A DNA stretch of 63,479 nucleotides, filler included, from Reclinomonas americana ATCC 50394 (taxonomy: Eukaryota): NCBI GenBank assembly GCA_048213135.1. It is 8 parts of 5 records of this genome, joined end to end, with 100 filler letters (N's around TTAATTAATTAA, not from the genome) between each part and the next. Parts side by side here need not be neighbours in the genome. Positions count along the whole stretch, not along the records: positions 1 to 4,886 come from PS015095.1; positions 4,987 to 19,155 come from PS015096.1; 6 more parts are not named here. The stretch is one strand, 5' to 3'. Below are positions 1 through 11,000 of the stretch, piece after piece (within the stretch, counting starts at the first letter, position 1; every line of letters begins with the position of its first letter). Both the position numbers and the translations under genes were made by a program. The notes below the pieces were generated by a model. The model was not told the origin of the DNA, did not search any database, and was given only the letters and a program-made list of their open reading frames with translations.

Positions 1-3000
1 GCACCACTCGTCGACACGGCGCGTCTGCTCGGCCCGAGTGCTGAATCAGACGCCGATGCTGCTGTCGCGCAGCCGGTGGTGCCGCTGCCGCCCGCCGAGC
101 CCATGGACATTGTGCACGGTGTGTCGACTGCATCTGTTGTTCTGTGTGCGCATTGTGCGAGTCTCTGACGTGCACTGGCAGAACTCGTGTGTGAGGGAGT
201 GGTGGAACAGGGTGCGCACTCGGATCTGCTGATGGAGGCCGCATGCGAGGAGCTGCGCGCAGAAGGTGCCACGCACGTGTCGGTACCCCTGTCTGTGTTC
301 AAGTTTGTGATGCGCATCCCCGACGACGCCGAGGGCCGAGTTGCGTGCACCTCACTTGTCGCGCGCGTACAAGTCGGACTCTAACTTGCATGTGCCCTGC
401 GATGTAGGTCTCCTTGCCGTTGGCCTCGGTGCGTGACGTGGTGCGCGACGATTCGCAGCGCACTGGCCTCAACGGCGAGCCGAGCTGGAGTTGCGTAGTG
501 AGCGTGGCCCTGATGTTATTCCGTCTACTTGTTGTTGTTGCTGGTGTTGACGGCGAGAAATCGACGTGCGTAGTTGTCCCGGCGCCGTGCACAACCCCGG
601 ACTTCACACCGTTGCCGATTCGAGAGGACGCGGTGCCGATGCAACTGCAGACAATCACTGCCCTGTCAGCGATTGGCGATTGCTACTCAGTGGAGGAATT
701 GCGCTTGGCTCACGATCCGGCGCCGAAGGCTCCGATTCCTACCGAGTTTGCCATTGGTGCGATACTCGTTTTTGTGCGAGCAGTGGTAGGGCGCACTTGT
801 CTAACATGTCCTTATTCGTCCGCCAGGCGTGCGTGTGCGTTACGATGGTCCGGCTAACGATCCGCTGCAACCCGGCATGACTGGCGGTATGTTGTCTCTC
901 AATACGTACATGTGTGGGGGGCGATACGCTGACACGAACACCTGCAGTCGTGCGCACGGTCAGCGGTCTCAATGTCGGCGTCGAGTTTGACAATGTTTCG
1001 TCGAGTGCTGCTGTCAGTAGTCTGCTGTCTCTTGTCTGACTGACGATGTACAGCCGAACCCGCAAATGCACGATCTGAGTGGCAATGCACGCCGACCAAA
1101 CTCTGGGTGGAACCTGAACACGCAACACCTGGTGATCACTGGCCTCGAAGTCGGTGGACGCATGGCTGTTGGTTTGTGTCCATTTCCTGCCTTTCATTGG
1201 TGATGGATGCTGACGAGTCCTCTTTCTTGCCCCCCTTGCAGGCGATCCAGTTCGCCACGAAGTGTTTGGCACCGGCAGTTACGTCGGCATCTGTTTGCTG
1301 TCGCTTACGGTGACGCCACTGCTTGCTGACACGCTTGTTGCCCGTGTTTGCAGCGGTGCGCTTTGTGCTGTCCGAGAGCGACGCCATTCACTTCCCGGGC
1401 TGTGCGAACTGGCTGGGTGTCGAGTTTGACGAGGTCTTGTCGAAGTGTGTGTACTTTTGATTGCTCATTGGTCTGCATGCTCATTTGTGAACAGCCGGTT
1501 CCGCGAGGCCACCAACTGCGTGGTATGGCCAACTGCAACGCCGGTCGCGGTTACTTTGTGCCGCCGGAGGATGTTGAATGGTGCGCTTTCGCCCGTCACT
1601 TGTGTGAGTGTCGTTTTGTCACTTACATGATTGCGCATGTGCAGCACGCGTCCGTTGCCGCCGAATGCGCCTCCGAGGTGCGGTGTTCTTGCATTTCCGG
1701 GAAGTATTGAATGTGCCTTTCACTGACTTCTGTCTTTTTTGTGCTGCAGGCGTCGACGCAAGGGACTGCGCTTGCAAGTGGGCGAGGGAGTGTTTGGTAC
1801 GTGGCGATCGGAGTGCTGCTGCTGCTTCTGTTGTTGCTGTGCTGACGGCACTCTGCAGCCACTCCTGCAGTGACTGCAGTTGTCCCAGTGTCGTCCAGAC
1901 CAGAACGCCGACGCGTTCGCCTGGCCGGCTTTGTGCCGCCGCCCATTAAGCGTTGCGTGCCGCGGCGGTGTTGTATCGTGCAGGCGCCCTTCCTCTTCTT
2001 CTTACACTTGTTGTCGTTCACAGAGGCCTTGTCGCAAATGTGCAAGGTCGGATTCATGCACGTGCTCGGCTGGGACGGCAAGGAAGTCGACAGTCAGCTC
2101 GTGTCACTCTTCTCGTTCCTTGGCGCGCTGCAGTCGAACCTGCCATTCCGCGTATCACCGCTGACATGTGCCAAGGGCAACAAGGCCGCCCACTTGTTGC
2201 ATGTTGTTGAACTCAATGTCGAGTGCATGCATTTGTCGGGCATTCGACCTGCCAAGTACTTCCACTCCTACCAAATGATTGGTACGTGCAGTGTGGTACG
2301 CTTTTTATGGCCACCACATTTTTCGTGGTTGGAGCTGAACGCAATAATGTGGATGTTGCCATAGAGCGCCGCGATGGACAACGCAAGGTGTTTGTCGGTC
2401 TGTCGCCGCTGGATCTGCCGACGGCAGTGCCGGCGGATTTGCTGGAGGATGTGGAGGAGCCGGAGGGTGGCTCGTCGAGCAGCGGCGCCGCGTCGTGGTC
2501 GCTGCGAGCAACTGGCCACTTGCTGGGTGAGATGGCACGCGTGTGCGAGAAGGCGGCCAAGAAACCCGAGGCCGGCCGCGCCCCGGAGGTACCGGCATTC
2601 TTCAAGGGTCTCCTCGACGTCGACCGCTTCGCCAAATCGCAGAACTTTGTGCTGCCATTCTCGATGGTGCGGTTTCCTCGGTGTTTGTGTTTGTGTGTTC
2701 CCGTTTGTGGTCTCATTTTCGGTTCTGCAGCGCAAGCACTTCCCGGTGCTGCCTGGCCGCACCATGGTCGAGTGTCTGCACCGCTTCAAGTTGGTGTGGA
2801 ACCTGAACAAGGTGTTCATTACCCTCACCGGTATGTATGTGTGTGTTTTTCTTTTTTTTTTCTTTCGTCACGTATCCTCATGGCGCTTTGCCACACACAG
2901 GTCTGCCATCGGTCGAGGGCGAGCCATCATTCGACTCGCTGTCGGCGTGCATGCGGTGTTGCGTGACGCGACTCTCTTCTTGTTGTCATGTAGTGGCCTC

Positions 3001-4852
3001 ACACACCTCCTCGCGCAGTGCTCCGTGCGTCAGGCACATTCAGTGCACTGAAGCAGGTGCTCATCACGCCGGTGAAGGATCAGATCCTCCGCGATGCCAT
3101 GAAGCGCCACAAGCAGTCGCGTCAGCAGTTCCAGTCGCCGGGTGAAATTCAGCTGAACCGCGTCGGTGCTGCAGCAGGCACTGCACGTTGCGTGTGTTTT
3201 CAGCATTCGAAGAGTGGGGGAGAGGAATCTGCCTGCTGACCTTGTCTTCTTTGCCCTCCGCAGCCAAGATCTTTGTGCAGATTTTCCGCGGCTGCAAGAC
3301 TCAGTTCCAGGCATGGAAGACGGGTCGGTTCCATTTTGAGGTCGACAAGCTGTGGTCGGTGAAGCTCAATGGCGAGCGCGCCATCGATGCGGGTGAGTTG
3401 GCATTGGGTAATGTCTGCAGACCTACCACCAAATACTCCCCATTCATTCATGTGCGCGTGTGAATGCAGGTGGTCCGTACCGCGAAGTCTTCAGCTTCAT
3501 GTGCTCCGAGTTGCAAGGCGACGACAGCCCAGTGCTGATTGGAACGCCCAACTCAACCTCGACCGCCGACAGCACCAAGTTGTTCATGCCCAACCCGAAG
3601 AACGTCGAGTCGGATGAGGAGCGCGACATGTTGCGCTTCCTCGGTTTCCTCATGGGCAACTCGGTGCTGAACAAGTGCCCGCTGGCCCTCGATCTGCCGC
3701 GCTTCTTTTACCAGAAGCTGGGCGGCGAGCCGGTCACCTTTGACGACTATCGCCGCGACGTGGATGTGCTCAACTGGTTGGCAGTCGACAAGCTCACTTG
3801 TTGCGTCGCGCAGTCTCCCCCCCTCTCTCTCTTTTGCTTCACGCTCGAGATGTTCACTCTCGGTGCNNNNNNNNNNNNNNNNNNNNNNNNNNNNNNNNNN
3901 NNNNNNNNNNNNNNNNNNNNNNNNNNNNNNNNNNNNNNNNNNNNNNNNNNNNNNNNNNNNNNNNNNNNNNNNNNNNNNNNNNNNNNNNNNNNNNNNNNNN
4001 NNNNNNNNNNNNNNNNNNNNNNNNNNNNNNNNNNNNNNNNNNNNNNNNNNNNNNNNNNNNNNNNNNNNNNNNNNNNNNNNNNNNNNNNNNNNNNNNNNNN
4101 NNNNNNNNNNNNNNNNNNNNNNNNNNNNNNNNNNNNNNNNATTCCACTCAGCCGACTCCACGTTCAACATCCCGCTGGCCAACGGCACCTACAAGGAGCT
4201 GAAGTCGGGCGGTGCTGCCATTCGCGTCAAGTGAGTCGGTCGCCGTTTGTGTGTGAATCGCTGCTTCTCACACACTCCTGCAGTGCCAGCAACTTTGATG
4301 AGTTCTTCGAGTTGGCCAGCGCATGCCGCATGGCCGAGTTCGACGCCGCGGTACGTTCACCACCAACTGTGTCTTGCGTTTCGGTTTTTGTGTGCTCACA
4401 GCGCTGTCTGTGGTGGTGTCACAGATTGATCTGATGCGCGAAGGCATGGGCTTGGTGATTCCGGTCGACGAGTTCTGCTTGCTCAGTGCGGAGGAGCTGG
4501 AGGGCAAGATTTGCGGCTCGCCCGAGATCTCTTTCGAGGCGCTCAAGCAGGTCGTCACGTGCAATCTCGAGGCGGATCACGCCAAGGTGTTCTGGGAGGT
4601 GCTGGAACACGATCTCAGCGGTCGCGACCGCTCCGACTTCCTGCGCTTCGCCTGCGGTTATCGCCGTCTGCCGCCAGACCCAACGCAGTTCCGCCAGCGC
4701 GTGACAGTGTCGTCGCGTGGTGGTGGCGACGACAGGTTCCCCACCGCTGGCACATGCTCAGGTTCCTTCCAGACGCCACGCTACTCGTCACGGCGTCGCA
4801 CCGCCGAGCGATTCCTGGCTGCCTTTGCGTATGGTGGCGCAGAGATTGACGC
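1..4852 (+). CDS. HECT-type E3 ubiquitin ligase (large HERC-like HECT), multi-exon, 5' end outside window; last exon may lie at 5019/5037-5067
   Basis: Spliced translation gives KLWSVKLNGERAIDAGGPYREVFSFMCSELQ...MLRFLGFLMG...LALDLPRFFYQKLGGEPVT...LEGKICGSPEI...FWEVLE...RSDFLRFACGYRRLP...FPTAGTCSGSFQTPRYSS. The catalytic Cys is present. Confidence 0.9.
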
Positions 4853-4886
4853 GTTGCGTAACTTCACCCACACACTCACACTTGCC

Positions 4887-4986
4887 NNNNNNNNNNNNNN
4901 NNNNNNNNNNNNNNNNNNNNNNNNNNNNNNTTAATTAATTAANNNNNNNNNNNNNNNNNNNNNNNNNNNNNNNNNNNNNNNNNNNN
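4887..4986. other. Artificial scaffold spacer (N-TTAATTAATTAA-N, stops in all six frames); also at 19156-19255, 31721-31820, 42950-43049, 52578-52677, 57295-57394 and 61378-61477
   Basis: The same 12-mer sits in the middle of ~100-nt N blocks seven times. Confidence 0.97.
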
Positions 4987-5063
4987 AAAACAAACAATGC
5001 ATGAAGTACACGTCGCAGCGAGTCCCACTTGTGCAGTGACGAGCAGACAGACGGAGAGCATTC

Positions 5064-6466
5064 ATGACTGCCTACTTTGCGGCCTCTGACTGGCGCAACA
5101 TCGAGTCGGCCGAGTGGCGCATCGTGCACAGCACAGGTCTGCTGCTGCTGCTGCCACGCAACACGGCTCTTTTATGTACACTCACAGAGTCAAAATGCAC
5201 ACGCAGCCACCGGCCAGCCATTCTTCTTCAAGTATGTGTACGCCATGGGCGAGTACTCGGTGCTGCTCACCGACGTGCGCAACGTGTGGATCCAACACCA
5301 CAGCGATGATGCGATTCAGCTGATGGCGCAGGCGAGACAACTCTCCCCGACCACAGCTGACAGGATGTCCTCTCACGCATGCACGTGCAGGATCGTTTCG
5401 AGGAGTGGGAGGCAGACGAGAGTACGTTCCGCCGAGTCATGCAAGCCGCGCTGGAGGGCACAGTAGTTGTCCATGAGGTGAGTGATAGTGACTGCGCAGA
5501 AAGATGATGATGTTGTTTCCCACGATCGACATCGACCCGCAGAGCGCCACGGGAGTGGAAGTCGTCTTGTCTCTGGTCTTGTCGGAGGAGCCACGAATCG
5601 AGGGCGAGTGGTCCATCTCCATGTCGTTTCGTTGTCGTTCTGTAATCGCTTGCGATCGTGCACGCTGTTGGAGTGACAAGTCCAATGCGCAGGGCGCTCG
5701 GCGAGGCCGAGTCCACGGACTTTGTGCGCGAGTTCCTTGTGCTTTCGCTGCTGCAGTCGAATGTGGTGCTGGCCACGCAGCTGCAAAAGGTGCATCCGCG
5801 GCCGCCGGATCATCTTTCCACTGGTGTTGCGTGGCCATGGAGAGCTTCATGGCAACGTTCCCCCGACGACGGCATTAACACACTGCACAGGAAATGAATG
5901 CCATTGTGTGTGGCCAAGTCACGCGCCACGACTTTGCGCAGCGGGCGTACCGCGCAGTGGTCAGCACGAGGCGGCGTCTGGGTGAGCCACTGGTCCAGTG
6001 TCTCCTCTGTCTCGTTGCTCGTTTATAAAATCTTCCCTTCCCACCCGTGACTGCAGAGTTGGAGGCCCGAGAAGCCGAGCGTGCACAGCAGCAGCAACAC
6101 CTTCTACTGACGCAAACTCAAGCCATTGCCGACTCGCACGCCAGCGCGTCGTACAGCGCCAGTGTCCCGTTGTCTGGCGGCGACCCGTACCACGGAAGCG
6201 ACAGGCGGTCGATGGGTGGCGATGGGTTTGGTGCCGCCACCGCTGCTGCTGCTGCAGCAGCAGCCGCCGCAGCCGCAGCCGCAGCTGCAGGTTCAGATGA
6301 GGCGGATGGTGTTGAGGATGAGGCGCCGTCGAGTGACAGCATCGTGTATCGCGAGACGCCGCTGGAACGCAAGCGGCGACTGGAGATCGAGGAGGAACTG
6401 GAGCGTAAGCGGCAGAAGGCCGCCTCCAAGGAGAAGCAGAAGAAACTGAAGAAGATATGCAGATAA
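5064..6466 (+). CDS. NHEJ1: XLF/Cernunnos-like non-homologous end-joining factor, multi-exon
   Basis: Head motif PFFFKYVYAMGEYSVLLTDVRNVWIQHHSDDAIQLMAQ resembles XLF Y.(L/I)..SDL..VW.E. Then a helix FVREFLVLSLLQ, a disordered poly-Ala tail and a basic C-terminus ERKRRLEIEEELERKRQK...KKLKKICR like fungal XLF. The start is uncertain. Confidence 0.65.
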
Positions 6467-6521
6467 AATGACGGAGTTGTCCTCGCCGCAGTTGTGTCCC
6501 TTCTCCCTCGCTGTTGTCGAC

Positions 6522-7961
6522 ATGAGGAACTGGTGGCAGCGGTTGGTGAACCGCGGTCTTGAGGCGCAGTCGCGCAGCCGCACACAACAAGAAGAGGTCC
6601 ACGACCGCCACCGCCATCGATATCGTTGCATGCCTGCATGGCTCACTCACATCTCACACGCATCGCAGGTTGACATTATGCGTGCGGTGCTGGCTGTCGA
6701 CTATCGGCGCACGCTGGTGGCTCGTGGGCTGGAGGCCGCCAATGAGGCCCAACGTTGCGTCGCTGTCTGCTGCGCTGTGCTTCGGCTATCATCATCATCA
6801 TCATCACTGATGAGCGAGCGATGCACAGCCGCCACCTACCGATCGGTGGATGACGCACGACGGCAGGTGCAGCAAGCGGTGCACACCCAACTGGTCGATC
6901 TGATACGTGTTTGTGGGGGGAGCAGAAGTCTTGGCAACGTGGCCAGGCACTCCTCGTCGCCTGTGGCAGCGCAGCTGTCGAAGCGTCCGAGTCTCACGCC
7001 GACCCCGACCCCGGCGCCGACAACGCCAGCAGGCGATGCCAGTGACAGCGACAATGAAGCGGCTGCGCGACAACAGCAGACGGCGATGGAGTCGCTCTGC
7101 GGCTATCACTGTTGCGTCGTCAAGTGGTCTTGCATTTCGTGGGATGCTTGCTGGCCGACAGTGTAGTGCGCACAGTGAGCGTCGAACGATCACCCATTGG
7201 GGCGGCAGCTGGACTTGGAGTGGTGCTGCGTGGCCGTGATCCGTGTCCACCGGGAACACTGCTCGGTGCGCCCTGCTGTCTCGAATCACCACAGACAACC
7301 ACGTCGTCTCTCACTCTTTCGCCGCGCGCAGGCGTGTATCCGGGAGTGCTCTACCGACCGTGGCAGCTGCAAGAGTTGCGCTTTGTCGGTGCCGACGGCG
7401 GACCCAATCTGTTCATCGCCATTCGCTACGATCGTGTGGCGTTCGACGCCGCCTCGTTCCGCATCGACAATGGCGACAGTCTGTTCGCCAGCGGTCGCCC
7501 ATTGTGGCTCCCTCCGTACGCACTCGCTCATATGGTACGAGGCTCTGTGCCACTGTGGCAAGTGCTTTGTTTGGCTCATTGTTGATAACGTTGCTTCTTT
7601 TGTGCAGATAAACCACCCGCCCGACGGTGTGCGACCCAACGTGCTGCAAACATCGGTCTACGTGCACGCTTCGCACGTCGAGCAACTGGTGGTCCCCCAC
7701 AGTGGTGTCGCCACAAAACCGTCATCCGTGGTCGAGTTGGTGGATGACTCGACGCGCCAGTCGGACGTCGCCTCCATGACAAGTGCACTTGGCATGAGTA
7801 CCTCCGAGTGGATTCCTGGCCTGGCCGTGCTCAGCTCCAGCTGGATTCACCCCGGTGAAGAACTCCTCCTAGATTATCGTCTGAACCCGCGTGCAAAAAC
7901 ACCGCTCCCCGAGTGGTACACGCCGGTGAATGTGGACGAGTCCCGCCGCCGATGGTCATAA
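6522..7961 (+). CDS. SETD9/C5orf35-like SET-domain protein, multi-exon
   Basis: SPIGAAAGLGVVLRG...GVYPGVLY...YALAHMINHPPDGVRPNV...GEELLLDYRLNP...PEWYTPVNVDESRRRWS matches the plant/protist SETD9-like signature. Confidence 0.8.
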
Positions 7962-8032
7962 ACAGTGTGTGTGTTCTCTCCATTGTTGGCAAATGTGTAC
8001 AGGGGGGAAACAAGATACGTTGCGGCATCTCA

Positions 8033-11000
8033 TCACCTGTCGGTCCAGCCTGCGGGTGCGAACACATGAACTGCATCAGAACACAGAGAGCGGTTCGGTG
8101 GGCAAAAGAGGATGCAAGAAAACTCACGGTTCAGCTGTGTGCGAATGTCACGCATCACCAACGGCGTCTGCCGGCGAAGATGCGGACGCGGTCTACGACC
8201 GGCACTGCCGTCGGCCGCTGTCGCAGGCGATTGAAGAATGGCACGGGGCCGCGGGTCGGGTGACGAATTGCCGTTCTCTCCAGAGTGCCACATGGGCACA
8301 CCGTACACCACGTCGGGTGCCACATGCGGTGACACGGAGCGCGACTGCGGTGGCGGAGCAGAACTGGTTCGTGCATGGGAGCCGCGACCACCTGCGCCTG
8401 CCGACATCACACGCGTGGAAGACGACGACGACGACGACGCGCCGGCGGCGGTGCCCACAGGTCGCACAATGCCGCGCGGCTGTAGTCGTTGACGGTCGCT
8501 CAGAGGAGGCTGCATCGGAATTAAGTGACAAAGAGAGAGTCGAGAGCAGGAACAGACAAAAAAGCGCACTGAACACACCTGAGCGACATTGGCCAGCGGC
8601 GGAGCGGGTCCACCACGATGCTGTGCAGTCAGAGTGAGTCGCGACACAGCAGACAGCCGAAACGATGATACCCAACGGGAAAGAGGGAGACAAACCGGCT
8701 CGATTAGCGGCTCAGCAGGCAAGCTCATCATGTTGCCGGCCAGCGGTGGTACCGGAGCGAACACTGGCTGCGGCGAGGACCGCGCATTGCGCCAGTCCGC
8801 CTACCAACAACATGAGATCACCACTATGCACACGTGAACGAGGATGCTGACGCACCGCTGCCACATGGGTGGCCGAGAGATTGCTGTGCTGGGCGGTTGC
8901 CAATGGTGCCACGGACGAAGCGCCTCCATTCGTAGCTCCTCCTTCGTAACGCCGAGGAGCATGCGTGTGCACGCTCGGTGCCGCCACGCTGTCGCCATGC
9001 GATGGTGAAGTGGGCGGTGAGAAGTGGTAGTATTGTTGAAGAGGCTGCTCGTGTGCGGGTGGCTGCAGATGTTGTTGGTGGTGCTGCTGCTCCTCACGCG
9101 TGGCATCCTCGTAGGCCAGCTGTGTTGCCAGAGACGACAGCACATCCGCGTGGTGGCTTCCGAGAACCGAAACACGAACTGGAGTCTGCATGATCGGAGT
9201 CTCTTCGCCAACAGCCACCACAGTCAGTGGGGCGTCATGGCCGGCGGCGCCGTTGGCATCGTACATGGACGGAGACTGCATGAAATAGATAAGAAGTGAG
9301 AAGACTGGTCGCCTTGCGCTTACGAATGATCGGCTTGCTTCGCATAAGCACACACCGGTTGCGTAATGTACAGCGACGGGTCGCCATCGGCCATTGTCGG
9401 TGAACGCACAGTGGAAATCTATCGCATGCAAACACACACAGTTGAGTCCAAGACAAGGCCAGGCAGTGCATCTGCTCCGCGCCGCTCTCCAACAAAGACA
9501 CACCCGTGAGAACGAGTCGCCGGCCAGAGTGCTGCGCTCGCCACGCAGATACGCCAAAATGTCGTCCCAGCTCAGCGGAATTCCCTCGTGCTTCAACGCA
9601 TGCAACAGCGCCTGCAGATGCAGCGTGGCCTTGCCCATCTTGGCCGGATCGATACCCTGCCGTGCGACGGCCAGATCTTGCTCCAGACGATGGATCTTGC
9701 CGTTGGCCTTGCGCAGCTCCATTTCGGCCGCTGTGTGCAAGCGCGCCGTGTCGCGGCGCAGCTCCATCATTTCGCAGAAGCGTGTCTGTGCCTCGTCACG
9801 CTCGCGCTGCAGCGTATCCATCTGGCTCGCCAGAGCATCGCGATCGTGCGTGGCGGACGCCAGGTCGGCGAGTGCGTGGTCCAGCTGCTCCTGCAACTTG
9901 TGCTCGAGGTTGTCCGGATCGAGCGACTTGGCAATGACACCCACAATCAGCGAGTCCGACCGCTCGACCACAGTTTCAATGCCGTGCGCCACCGATCTGT
10001 GCACAGCCATCAACATCGCGGTCACGCGACGGCGAAAGCAACTGACAAGAAACAGTCGACAGCAACGCACGTAATGTCGGAGATGACTTCCTCAGTGTCC
10101 TTGGAGATGGTGCTGAGTTTCTCCAAAATCGTGTTGTTTGCTTTCTGTTAGCCAGAGAATGTGACCGTTAGCAGCTGTGCATCGTTGACAGTCAGTCGCA
10201 GCGACAGTCAGTACCTTGAACCAGGATTTTGACTTGGCAGTCGGGGGAGCAGCGTCGTCGGCACCGCTGAGCGCCTTGCTGTTCTCGCGCAATCCACTAA
10301 ACAGTCGGTAGCGCAGTCGCGGGTGCGTCACCTCGATGACCTCTTCGGGTTCGCTGACACCCTGCAGTGCCGCATCACTGTGAGCGACGGTGCACAACAC
10401 ACACGCTAAGACTCCCCTCACGTAACTTTGAGAATGAACGATCCGCGTGGAGCGAATGTGATGGGGGCACCATACGCCTGCGCGAACATCTCAAGGTGTG
10501 CATCTGTGACAAACTTGCGCGCCGTGCCAGAGATGACAGCTTGTCCACCGTACGGCGTGTCGGCGATACGCGCAGAGCGGTTGACCACGGGTCCGTGGAA
10601 ATCAAGACGGCCAGTTGTGCGGTCACTGCGAGAAAAAGAAGCGAGTGAGAAACGATTATCTGCATCTTGCAAGAGACCATCATCTCACGCTCACCGACAC
10701 ATGATAGGAGAGCCGGCGTGCACGCCCATGCGCACGCGAAGGCCGCGCCAGATCAACACCTGATTGCCATTCTCGTCCACGGAAAACTTTTCATGCACGG
10801 CATCGAATTGCGATCGGATCAGATCGTCGCCCCACGGTGCCTCCAGTAGCGCCAGTTGGAAATCAAGGCAGAATTTGAGGGCACGCACTGGATCCGGGAA
10901 TGCCTGCACGAGTCACGTTGAGCGAATACATGAACATGCTCACCGCGTACATGTACACACACACCATCATGGCGCCGTCGCCTTCCGTCTTGACCTCGTA

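Noticed and set aside
4931-4942. TTAATTAATTAA palindrome repeated seven times
   Set aside because: Always centred in 100-nt N blocks. It is an artificial six-frame-stop linker.
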